64,000 bases of DNA from an uncultured Actinomycetota bacterium (GTDB lineage Bacteria > Actinomycetota > Actinomycetes > JAFAQI01): the NCBI GenBank assembly GCA_963770565.1, contig CAVYQE010000011.1:32001-96000 (forward strand). The letters run 5' to 3'. Shown piece by piece: positions 51,491-60,199 of this stretch (within the stretch, counting starts at the first letter, position 1; every line of letters begins with the position of its first letter). A program made the position numbers and the translations under genes. The notes beneath the pieces were generated by a model, which saw nothing but the letters and a program-made list of their open reading frames with translations, ran no database searches and was not told the origin of the DNA.

Positions 51491-51593
51491 GATTGCCTTT
51501 CCCGAGAGTTGTTGCCTGTTTCCTCCATCGGGTGATTCGGCATTCGGGTGAAGCGGCGCGGGGCAAATGCGCCGAATAGTCGGTAATGGCCTA

Positions 51594-52823
51594 TTACGCC
51601 GAGGGAGTGGGCGACTCGGAACGGCGGGCGGTCAACATCGGCGCCGCCGCGGCCGCCGCGAACATCCACGCCGCGGCGTAGGCGAATCCGGCCGGTGCTG
51701 ACACGGTGGCCCACAGCAGCCCGACCACGGCCGAGGAGGTGAGTGCGCCGACCCCCTGGACGACGCCGAGCAGCCCGAACCCGTTGCTGCGCAGGTGGTC
51801 CGGAAGCAGCGTCGCCACCGCCGCCGACTCGGCCGGCTCGCCGAAGCCGATTCCGGCCCCGGCGACAACAAAGCCGACCAGCAGGACGAGCGGCTGATGC
51901 GGCCCGAGCGCGAACAGCCCGTATCCCGCGACGTACGCCGTTGCCGCGAGGACCATGGCCGAGCGGGGACTGGCGCGATCGATCAGGTGGCCGGCGGCGA
52001 GCGCGGTCCCGGTTGCCGACAAGTTGTGCGCGGCATAGAGCAGGACGGCGAGGCTGGTAGCAGCGGCGAGGCTGCGGCCGTCCCGGTGCATGAGCTCGGT
52101 GGCGCGCAGGATCAGCAGGGTCGGCGCGAGGTTGCCGAACTCGAACAGCGTCGGCGCGGCCAGCACCCGGGTCAGCCCGGCCTGGTGCAGCTCGCCGAGG
52201 TGATAGGAGAGCTGCTTTCGTCCTTTGGCGGTGTTGACCCGGTCGCGGGCCTCGCGGGCCGCCACCGTGATCGCCACCGCGGCCGCAAAACCGGGGATCG
52301 CGGCGACCAGCAGGGTGGGCCGGAGCCCGATCGTCGCCACCAGGAGCGCGGCCAGCAGCGGCCCGCCGACCGCACCGAGGTTGTCGCCGGCCCGCTCGAG
52401 CCCGCTGGCGCGGCCGATCGCGCCGGCCGGCACCAATGAATAGAGCATCGAGTCGCGCGCCGGTGAGCGCAGTCCGCGGCTGATCCACGCGGTTGCTCGC
52501 AGCACCGCTACCTGCCAGACCGCCACGGCCAGCCCGACCGCGCCGGTGGCGAGAGCGGTTCCGACGTACCCGCCGGTGACCAGCCTGCGCCGCCGCGCCG
52601 GATCGGTCGCGAGCGGGCCGCCGACCAGCTTCGCGACGCCGACCAGCGCATCTGCGACGCCTTCGATGACGCCGAGCGCGCCCGGCCCGGCGTGCAGGGT
52701 CGACGTGACGAAGCTCGGCAGCACGCTGGTGGTCATCTCGTGGCCGAGATCGGAGAACATGCTGGCCGCGCTGATGCTGGCGACGCCCGGGGTGAGCCAG
52801 CGATCCGCTTCGCTCTCGCTCAC
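51594..52823 (-). CDS. MFS transporter
   Basis: [15 protein letters not shown], about 12 TM segments; start re-picked at GTG 52823. Confidence 0.88.
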   Translation of the reverse strand: MSESEADRWLTPGVASISAASMFSDLGHEMTTSVLPSFVTSTLHAGPGALGVIEGVADALVGVAKLVGGPLATDPARRRRLVTGGYVGTALATGAVGLAVAVWQVAVLRATAWISRGLRSPARDSMLYSLVPAGAIGRASGLERAGDNLGAVGGPLLAALLVATIGLRPTLLVAAIPGFAAAVAITVAAREARDRVNTAKGRKQLSYHLGELHQAGLTRVLAAPTLFEFGNLAPTLLILRATELMHRDGRSLAAATSLAVLLYAAHNLSATGTALAAGHLIDRASPRSAMVLAATAYVAGYGLFALGPHQPLVLLVGFVVAGAGIGFGEPAESAAVATLLPDHLRSNGFGLLGVVQGVGALTSSAVVGLLWATVSAPAGFAYAAAWMFAAAAAAPMLTARRSESPTPSA

Positions 52824-52851
52824 CGAGTCGACCCTAGGGCACACTGGACTC

Positions 52852-53073
52852 ATGCGCGACGACTCGAACGACCTGGCGGACATCATTTCCCTCGACGCCC
52901 GTCGAGACGAGGGTCGCCGCGACCGCGACGGGGTCGACTCGCTGCGCGACACCGAGGCCGAGTCCGGTGACGAGGACGAGGTCAACGACCGTTACGACCT
53001 GGACCGGCTCGAGGCCCAGGAGCTCGGCGTGGCGCTCGACCGCACCGACGGCGAGACGCCGCGCCTCGACTGA
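52852..53073 (+). CDS. Small acidic hypothetical protein (73 aa)
   Basis: MRDDSNDL..EAQELGVALD..PRLD; high-GC3 codon use; CACACT-N6-ATG. Confidence 0.65.
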   Translation: MRDDSNDLADIISLDARRDEGRRDRDGVDSLRDTEAESGDEDEVNDRYDLDRLEAQELGVALDRTDGETPRLD

Positions 53074-53082
53074 CCGGCTGGT

Positions 53083-53167
53083 CCAAGCAATGTCACATTG
53101 CCCCGCACTTCGTGGGGGCAATGTCACAGCACCCCCAGGATGACCCAGGCAATGTGACATTGCTTGG
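53083..53167. repeat. Nested palindromic element with 20-bp terminal inverted repeats
   Basis: CCAAGCAATGTCACATTGCC / GGCAATGTGACATTGCTTGG; core GCAATGTSACA at 53087, 53118 and 53149. Confidence 0.85.
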
Positions 53168-53171
53168 CTAG

Positions 53172-54968
53172 GAGACTCCTGAATAAAGCGCGTGCCGGTT
53201 CGCCGGTCGCGGGGCGGGGTTCGGGAGAATCTGTGAGTGCTGGGACGTAGCGAGGATCAGCGGGATCTGTTGGATGTTGAGTCGGTGGCGGGGCATCTGC
53301 TGAAACCGGGCAGTGTGTTCGCGTTTCTGGCTGAGCATCGCCGGGAGTTGTTCCCGGAGGAGTTGTTCACTGACTTGTTTCCGTCCTCGCGGGGCCGGCC
53401 GTCGGTCCCAGCTGAGGTGATGGCGACGGTGATCATGTTGCAGGCGCTCAACGGCCTGTCGGATTCCGAGACCGTCGATGCGGTGACGTTCGATCTGCGC
53501 TGGAAGGCAGCGGTCGGGTGGCCGATCGATGAGGCGGCGTTTCACTCGACGACATTGACGTATTGGCGTCGCCGGCTGGCCGCGTCGGATCGACCGAACC
53601 GGATCTTCGACGCGGTCAAAGACGTTGTCGCGCGGACCGGGGTGCTCAAGGGAAAGACCCGCAGGGCGTTGGACTCCACCGTGCTCGATGACGCGGTCGC
53701 CACCCAGGACACGGTGACACAGCTGATCGCCGCTATCCGCCGGGTCCGCCGGGTCGTGCCTGACGCCGTCGAGGTGGTCACCGAGTGGTGCACCGCGCAT
53801 GACTACGACGATCCCGGTAAGCCCTCGATCGCGTGGGATGACACCGAGGCCCGCGCCCGCCTCGTCGACGCCCTGGTCGGTGACGCGCTGCGACTGCTCG
53901 GGCATCTACCGGAGACCGAGCACGGTCCCGAGGCGGCGGAGGCGTTGGCGTTGCTGGCGTTGATCGCCGGGCAGGACGTCGAACCCGTCACCGGCGGTGA
54001 CGGCACCGACGGTCGCTGGCGGATCCGTCAAGGAGTCGCGAAAGACCGGGTGATCAGCGTCGTGGACCCTGACGCCCGCCACGCCCACAAGACCGTGTCG
54101 CGGCGTCAGGACGGTTTCAAGGCGCACCTCGCGGTCGAGCCTGACACCGGCCTGGTCACCGGGTGTGAGCTGACGAAAGCCGCCGGTGCGGAGACCTCGG
54201 ACGCCACGGTAGGGGTTGACCTGCTCACCCGCGACGACACGCTCGATGCCGCCGGTGGGGACGTCGAGGTGCTGGGCGACAGCGCCTATGGCACCGGGGA
54301 CGCACTCGCCGCGATCCTCGGCGCCGGGCACGTCCCGCTGGTCAAGCCGTGGCCCACAAAACCCGCCGTTCCCGGCGGTCTGGACATCGATGAGTTCACC
54401 GTCGACGAGGCAACCGGGACAGCGACCTGCCCGGCCGGGATCACCCGCCGAATCCCCCCAACCCGGCACGTGATGTTCGGCGCCGCCTGCCGTGACTGCC
54501 CGTTGCGGGCGCGGTGCACCACCGCCCGAAAGGGCCGGATGCTGACCCTGCACGACCACGACGCGCTGCAACGCGAACACCGCCAGCGGGCGAAAGACCC
54601 GCAGTGGCAAGCCGACTACCGCCAACACCGGCCGATGGTCGAACGCTCCATCGCCTGGCTCGTCCGAGGACCGAACCGCAAACTGCGCTACCGCGGCGTC
54701 ACGAAGAACAACCAGTGGCTCCACACCCGCGCGGCCGGGCTGAATCTCCGCCGGCTTATCAGCCTCGGATTGGACCACAGCAACGGAAACTGGGTCATCG
54801 CCTAACAGCGAAACCACACCCTTGCGAGCCCGCACCACCGAGCGCCAGAATGACACCGACGCGCCGGGCAAGCTCGTCGTCCAACCACGGTTGCGACTCG
54901 CGGCACCGACCGCTCATTGAGACACCCGGCGCGTCACCTTCCCGCAGAGGTCCTTATTCAGGAGTCTC
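53172..54968 (+). mobile_element. IS1182-family insertion sequence, 1797 bp
   Basis: Perfect 15-bp TIRs GAGACTCCTGAATAA / TTATTCAGGAGTCTC; flanking CTAG duplication at 53168-53171 and 54969-54972. Confidence 0.92.
53237..54805 (+). CDS. IS1182-family DDE transposase
   Basis: GRPSVP, LDST, DPDAR, GFKAH, GDSAYG, CRDCPLRARCT, Y..HR..VE. Confidence 0.92.
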   Translation: MLGRSEDQRDLLDVESVAGHLLKPGSVFAFLAEHRRELFPEELFTDLFPSSRGRPSVPAEVMATVIMLQALNGLSDSETVDAVTFDLRWKAAVGWPIDEAAFHSTTLTYWRRRLAASDRPNRIFDAVKDVVARTGVLKGKTRRALDSTVLDDAVATQDTVTQLIAAIRRVRRVVPDAVEVVTEWCTAHDYDDPGKPSIAWDDTEARARLVDALVGDALRLLGHLPETEHGPEAAEALALLALIAGQDVEPVTGGDGTDGRWRIRQGVAKDRVISVVDPDARHAHKTVSRRQDGFKAHLAVEPDTGLVTGCELTKAAGAETSDATVGVDLLTRDDTLDAAGGDVEVLGDSAYGTGDALAAILGAGHVPLVKPWPTKPAVPGGLDIDEFTVDEATGTATCPAGITRRIPPTRHVMFGAACRDCPLRARCTTARKGRMLTLHDHDALQREHRQRAKDPQWQADYRQHRPMVERSIAWLVRGPNRKLRYRGVTKNNQWLHTRAAGLNLRRLISLGLDHSNGNWVIA

Positions 54969-56423
54969 CTAGGGCGAGGGGGCGCGATCGAGATAGCGCA
55001 ATGCGCTGCGCGCGGCGTGATATCCGGACATTCCGTGTACGCCAGCACCTGGTGGCGTTGACGCGGAGCACAGGTAGACGCCCGGAATGCCGGTGAAGTA
55101 CGGATCCGGTGCGAGCCGGGGTCGTACGACGAGCTGCCGCCCGTTGTTCGCGCCGCCGGCGATGTCACCGCCGACGTAGTTCGGGTTGCCGTTTTCGAGC
55201 CCGGCCGGGGAGGTGATGTGCCGACCGACGATCCGGTCGCGCAGGCCCGGGGCAAACCGCTCGATCTGATCGAGGATCGGGTCGGTCGCGTCGTGCGGAT
55301 AGCCGTGGGGCACGTGGGCGTAGGCCCAGATCGGATGGACGTCGCCGGCCGAGCGGGACGGGTCAGCGAGGTACTGCTGGGCGACCAGGACGAACGGGCG
55401 GGCGGGCATCTCGCCGCGGGCCACCGTGGCTTCGGCCTCGACGATCTCCGCGAGCGATCCGCCGACGTGCACCACACCCGCCTTGCGGCACGACGGCGCG
55501 CGCCAGGGGATGCCGCCCTGGACCGCGAGATCGACCTTGAACGCGCCGGGGCCGTGCCGCCACCGCCGATAGGCCCGCCGGATCCGGGGCGGGAGCTGGT
55601 CGCCGGCGATGTCCCGGAACGCGCCGGGGGTGGTGTCGAACAGTCGTACCCCGGCGTCCGGAAGGTCGGCGAGCGAGGTGACTCGTACGCCGGTCTCGAT
55701 GGTGCCGCCGAGCGAGCCGAGATAACCGGCCAGCGCGGTGGCAATTGCCTGCGACCCGCCGGCCGCGACCGGCCAGCCGACGTGATGGCAGGCAGCGACG
55801 AGCACCACACCTGCCGACCCGGATGCCGGCGCGGTCAGCGGGGCCACCAGGTGCGCGGCCGAGCCGGCAAACAGCGCACGGGCTTGCTCGGTCCGGAACC
55901 GGCGCGCCAGCATGGTGGCCGGCAACAACCCGCGCTGGCCGAATCGGGCGAGATCGACGACGTGTCCGGGCCGATGCGCCAGCGGTTGCATGAGCTCTTC
56001 GGCGAGGGTCGCGAAGTGCGCCGCGAGCGGGCCGAAGGTGCGCCGCCAGGCCGGGCCGTCATCGCCCAGCCCGGCCACCGTGTCGTCAATCGACCGGACC
56101 ATCGACACCGCCCGGTCGCCGTCGAGCGGGTGGGCCAGATCAACCGCCGGCCAGCGCCACTCGAGCCCGTGCTCGGCGAGCGGCAGCGAGGTGAACAACG
56201 GTGAGGATGCGGCGAGTGGGTGGACCGCGGAGCAGATGTCGTGTCGTACGCCGGGCACGGTGAGCTCGGCGGTGCGGGTGCCGCCACCGATCTGCTCGGC
56301 GGCCTCGACTACGGTGACCGACAGTCCGGCGCGGGCCAGGGTCACTGCGGCTGCGAGCCCGTTCGGACCGGCGCCGACCACGACCGCGTCGATGGATGCC
56401 TCCCTTCGGGCGGTGCTCACCAT
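54969..56423 (-). CDS. Phytoene desaturase-family FAD oxidoreductase
   Basis: GAGPNGL, HDICSAVHP, NPNYVGGD, STPPGAGVHGM. Confidence 0.88.
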   Translation of the reverse strand: MVSTARREASIDAVVVGAGPNGLAAAVTLARAGLSVTVVEAAEQIGGGTRTAELTVPGVRHDICSAVHPLAASSPLFTSLPLAEHGLEWRWPAVDLAHPLDGDRAVSMVRSIDDTVAGLGDDGPAWRRTFGPLAAHFATLAEELMQPLAHRPGHVVDLARFGQRGLLPATMLARRFRTEQARALFAGSAAHLVAPLTAPASGSAGVVLVAACHHVGWPVAAGGSQAIATALAGYLGSLGGTIETGVRVTSLADLPDAGVRLFDTTPGAFRDIAGDQLPPRIRRAYRRWRHGPGAFKVDLAVQGGIPWRAPSCRKAGVVHVGGSLAEIVEAEATVARGEMPARPFVLVAQQYLADPSRSAGDVHPIWAYAHVPHGYPHDATDPILDQIERFAPGLRDRIVGRHITSPAGLENGNPNYVGGDIAGGANNGRQLVVRPRLAPDPYFTGIPGVYLCSASTPPGAGVHGMSGYHAARSALRYLDRAPSP

Positions 56424-56440
56424 ACTTAGGATGTGGCGTT

Positions 56441-57802
56441 GTGACCGCGATCGAGGAACGCATGCGGGTGGCGGTCGTCGGCGCGGGTCCGGCCGGGATC
56501 TACGTCGCGGCCGCGCTGGTCGACCAGACCGACGTACCGGTGTCCGTCGACATCTACGACCGGTTGCCGACCCCGTTCGGCCTGCTGCGCTACGGCGTCG
56601 CTCCCGACCATCTGAAGATGAAGGCGCTCGGGGTGACCTTGCAGCGCACCCTCGACCACGAGCACGTGCGCTTCTTCGGCAACGTGACGGTCGGCGTCGA
56701 GGTGACCGTCGAGGAGTTGCTCGCCGACTACCACGCCGTGGTCTATTCGTACGGCGCCGCCACCGACCGGCGGCTCGGAATCCCGGGCGAAGGCTTGCCG
56801 GGCAGCCTGTCCGCCCGCGAGTTCGTCAATTGGTACTGCGATGAACCGGACGCGAGTGTCGGCGGGTTCGATCTCAGCGCCCGCAGCGCGGCTGTCATCG
56901 GCCTCGGCAACGTCGCCCTGGACGCGGCCCGGATCCTGATCCGTGACCCGGAGGAGATGTCGCCGACGGATGTCAGCGATGCGGTCCTCAACGCGTTGCG
57001 GGCCTCGCCGATCACCGATGTGCACATCGTCGGCCGCCGTGGCCCCGAGCACGCGAAGTTCACCACGAAGGAGCTCCGTGAGCTCGGCGAGCTCGATGGG
57101 GTGGATGTGGTGGTCGATCCGGCCGCACTGGATGGAATCGGAGAGATCGCCGACACCGTTGTACGCCGCAACGTCGAGGTCTTCCGTGGTTGGTCGCAAC
57201 GGTCGCTGACCCACGCACCTCGGCGGGTGCACCTGCATTTCCACTCCCGGCCGATCGCCGTCCTGGGCACCGAGTCGGTCGAGGGCCTGCGGGTCGAGCA
57301 CCCGGACGGGAGCACCGAGGACATCGAGGCTCAGCTGGTCCTGCGGTCGGCCGGCTACACCGGCGTCGCACTCGAGGGCCTGCCGTTCGACGAGGAGTCC
57401 GGGACCCTGGCGGTCGTCGACCACCGGGTCCAGCGGGAGTCCGGTGCGCCGGGGGAGTATGCCTGCGGCTGGATCAAGCGCGGTGCGACCGGGGTCATCG
57501 GCACCAACCGGTCCGACGCGACCGCAACGGTCCGGGTGATCATTGCCGACGCCGAGACCCTGCTCAACCGGCCGGTCGAGCCCGGGAGCGCACTCGGCGC
57601 GGCGGTGGCGCGCGGCGCCCACCCGGTCGGGCTCGACGGCTGGGCCGCGATCGACGCTGCCGAGGTTGCACTCGGGGCCGGCCGAAACAGCCCGCGGATC
57701 AAGCTCTCGCGCTGGGAGGAGCTGCTCGCCGCGTCCGGCGTGCTAGCCGTGGGCCACCTTGAGGACATTGACGGCGCGGGCGATGACGAGGCCGAGGGTT
57801 GA
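56441..57802 (+). CDS. fprA: Ferredoxin--NADP+ reductase, FprA/adrenodoxin-reductase type
   Basis: GAGPAG, GLLRYGVAPDH, GLGNVALD, GRRGP, GWIKRG. Confidence 0.85.
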   Translation: MTAIEERMRVAVVGAGPAGIYVAAALVDQTDVPVSVDIYDRLPTPFGLLRYGVAPDHLKMKALGVTLQRTLDHEHVRFFGNVTVGVEVTVEELLADYHAVVYSYGAATDRRLGIPGEGLPGSLSAREFVNWYCDEPDASVGGFDLSARSAAVIGLGNVALDAARILIRDPEEMSPTDVSDAVLNALRASPITDVHIVGRRGPEHAKFTTKELRELGELDGVDVVVDPAALDGIGEIADTVVRRNVEVFRGWSQRSLTHAPRRVHLHFHSRPIAVLGTESVEGLRVEHPDGSTEDIEAQLVLRSAGYTGVALEGLPFDEESGTLAVVDHRVQRESGAPGEYACGWIKRGATGVIGTNRSDATATVRVIIADAETLLNRPVEPGSALGAAVARGAHPVGLDGWAAIDAAEVALGAGRNSPRIKLSRWEELLAASGVLAVGHLEDIDGAGDDEAEG

Positions 57803-58522
57803 CAGTGCAACCAGGCTCTGGACCGCCATCAGGGCCTTGACCCCGCGGCCGAGTGGGAGCGTGTCGGTGGGTGAGAACGCGACCACGTTGGTGAAGCTGA
57901 CGTACAGGTAGTCGAGGAAGCGCGGCTCCCAGTCGGCCGGCGCCAGCTCCGGGTTCGTCATCTGCGGGAACATGAAGTCCGGGTGCGGGTCGGATCCCTC
58001 GGTGCGCGCGAACGGCCCGCCCCGGTCGATCTCCCAGTACCAGAGCCCGAAGGCGATCATGTTCGTCAGGTAGATCGCCGACCCGCTCGCCAGCAGGCCG
58101 GTCGGGTCGTTGCTCGCGCTGCCGTTGAGGATGTCGTGGTCGAGCAGGACCGCGCTGATGATGTTGTCGGCCGTGATGAGCGCGACCATCAGCAGCGCGC
58201 CGTACCGGCCGAACGCGGTCCGGCGGGTCAGCCGGACCGGGTTGAGAATGGTGAGCGCGATCAACAGCGCCAACTCCATGCCGGGCAGGACCCAGCGCGG
58301 GTGCAGGCCGTACCTCTCCGGCAACGACAGCTGCAGGACGATTGCCACCGCGATCGCCGCTCCGGCGGGGAGCCGGTTCTCCGCATCGGTCGGGCGCAGC
58401 CAGGCCGGCACGAAGCGGTCTTCGGCGTGCCTGATGTCGGTTTCGACCCGGTCGGTCAGCCAGCGACCCTTCCCGCCGGTTTCGGCGCGGGCGCCTGGTG
58501 CGGTATCGGGCGGGTCGGTCAC
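57743..58522 (-). CDS. DUF1345-like membrane protein
   Basis: FGLWYWEIDRGGP, DFMFPQ, DYLYVSFTN..AFSPTD. Confidence 0.8.
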   Translation of the reverse strand: MTDPPDTAPGARAETGGKGRWLTDRVETDIRHAEDRFVPAWLRPTDAENRLPAGAAIAVAIVLQLSLPERYGLHPRWVLPGMELALLIALTILNPVRLTRRTAFGRYGALLMVALITADNIISAVLLDHDILNGSASNDPTGLLASGSAIYLTNMIAFGLWYWEIDRGGPFARTEGSDPHPDFMFPQMTNPELAPADWEPRFLDYLYVSFTNVVAFSPTDTLPLGRGVKALMAVQSLVALSTLGLVIARAVNVLKVAHG

Positions 58523-58540
58523 GGTGGGGGGTGCGGAGGT

Positions 58541-58669
58541 CTACTGCGGCTTGGTCTCGGTCGGCCGCGTGGTGGTCGGAATGACGGTCGTGCTGACCGG
58601 AGCCGCCTTGAGCTTGGCGCTCTTCTTCGGCTTCTTTGCCTCGCGGCCGGCCTTGTTCTTGTTGCCCAT
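58541..58669 (-). CDS. Small basic hypothetical protein (42 aa)
   Basis: MGNKNKAGREAKKPKK..; AGGAG RBS upstream. Confidence 0.55.
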   Translation of the reverse strand: MGNKNKAGREAKKPKKSAKLKAAPVSTTVIPTTTRPTETKPQ

Positions 58670-58811
58670 CGCACGGGCTCCTGTTCTTGTTGCGGCGATG
58701 CTCATCGCGGGCGTGGCAACGCCGACGGTACGCCGGTTATTGGCATTGGACCATGCCGGCATGCGACTGTAGAGGCTAACGCGCGGCCGATACGGTCGGC
58801 ACAAAGGCAGG

Positions 58812-59756
58812 ATGATGATGCAGACGTTGGACCCGCTCGACCTCATGCGCGAACTGGAACCAACCGTAGAAGCAAACCTCAACCGGCACCTGTCCATCGC
58901 CCAGGAGTGGATGCCGCACGAGTACGTGCCGTGGCGGCTCGGCCGTGACTTCGTCGGTCCCGACGGCGCGGCCTGGTCGGCCGATCAGTCCAGCCTGTCG
59001 CGGGAGGCCCAGATCTCCTTCGAGGTCAACCTGCTGACCGAGGACAACCTGCCGAGCTACCACCACGAGATCGCCACCGTCTTCGGCCGAGACGGTGCGT
59101 GGGGGACCTGGGTGCACCGCTGGACCGCGGAAGAGGGCCGGCATGCCTGCTGCATCCGCGACTACCTCCTGGTGACCCGGGCGGTCGACCCGATCACGCT
59201 CGAGCGCGACCGGATGGCGACGATGGAGGTCGGCTACTCCGCCGAGGGCAAGGGCCTAACCCGCGTGCTCGCCTACGTCAGCTTCCAGGAGCTCGCGACC
59301 CGGATCGCCCACCGCAACACCGGTCGGATCGCCGGCGACCCGGTGGCCGACAAGCTGATGGCCCGGATCTCCGCCGACGAGAACCTTCACATGGTCTTCT
59401 ACCGAGACCTGGTCCGCGCCGCGATGGACATCGATCCGGACCAGACCGTGGTCGCGATCGCCGCCGAGGTGCTGGGCTTCCGGATGCCCGGCACCGGCAT
59501 CCCGAACTTCAACCGCAAGAGCGTGCAGATCGCCAAGGCCGGGATCTACAACCTGCGGATCCACCGCGACGAGGTCATCGCCCCGGTGCTGCGGCACTGG
59601 AAGATCTTCGACCTGACCTTCACCTCGCCGGAGGCCCAGCAGGCCCAGGCCAGCCTGGCCGAGCATCTCGACCAGCTCGAGCAGCTCGCCCAGCAGTACG
59701 ACGAGCGGCTCGGAGCCAACCGCGAGCGGATCGCCGCCGGCAACGCCGCGCACTAG
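58812..59756 (+). CDS. desA1: Acyl-ACP desaturase (DesA-like)
   Basis: LTEDNLPSY, WTAEEGRH, QELAT, DENLH di-iron motifs. Confidence 0.9.
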   Translation: MMMQTLDPLDLMRELEPTVEANLNRHLSIAQEWMPHEYVPWRLGRDFVGPDGAAWSADQSSLSREAQISFEVNLLTEDNLPSYHHEIATVFGRDGAWGTWVHRWTAEEGRHACCIRDYLLVTRAVDPITLERDRMATMEVGYSAEGKGLTRVLAYVSFQELATRIAHRNTGRIAGDPVADKLMARISADENLHMVFYRDLVRAAMDIDPDQTVVAIAAEVLGFRMPGTGIPNFNRKSVQIAKAGIYNLRIHRDEVIAPVLRHWKIFDLTFTSPEAQQAQASLAEHLDQLEQLAQQYDERLGANRERIAAGNAAH

Positions 59757-60181
59757 TGCCCGACGGCGACTGGCGGCTCGAGTCGAGCTGCGCCGGGGTC
59801 GACTGGGCGAGGGCCCGCGCCGATCTCGTCGCCGACGACTTCGACAACGGCCGGAACCCGGCCGCGCTCAGGCGATCGTTCGAAAACTCCCCGCACGTCG
59901 TGATCGCCTGGGCGGGTGATCACGTGGTCGGGATGGCCCGGTTGCTCTCCGATGGCGTGTGCAACGCCTATCTGCTCGACGTGTGGACGCATTCGTCCTG
60001 GCGCCGGCGGGGGATCGGCACGGCGATGGTGCGCCGACTGATCGAGGCGGTGCCCGGCCAGCACGTGGGGTGGCAGACCGACTCGGCGACCGACTTCTAC
60101 CTCGCGCTCGGCGCGAGATTCCAGCCGCAGTTCATGTCGATCGGGTCCGGCGAGTGGCTCGACAACGAGGCCAATCGCTGA
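59756..60181 (+). CDS. GNAT acetyltransferase
   Basis: VVGMARLLSDG..AYLLDV..WRRRGIG; TAGTG overlap with the desaturase. Confidence 0.82.
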   Translation: MPDGDWRLESSCAGVDWARARADLVADDFDNGRNPAALRRSFENSPHVVIAWAGDHVVGMARLLSDGVCNAYLLDVWTHSSWRRRGIGTAMVRRLIEAVPGQHVGWQTDSATDFYLALGARFQPQFMSIGSGEWLDNEANR

Positions 60182-60199
60182 GTGCCCCAGCCGGCCGGG

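Noticed and set aside
53083-53167. Mini-CRISPR array
   Set aside because: Cores of about 15 bp and 16-bp spacers are too short, the unit is a closed inverted repeat, and there are no cas genes in the window.
54969-56423. Carotenoid gene crtI
   Set aside because: Belongs to the widespread shorter phytoene-dehydrogenase-like family; no crtB or crtE nearby.
57743-57802. 60-bp convergent overlap (also 53 bp at 3056-3108) and shared CTAG stops at 30108 and 40461
   Set aside because: Common in compact high-GC genomes; no further sign of function.
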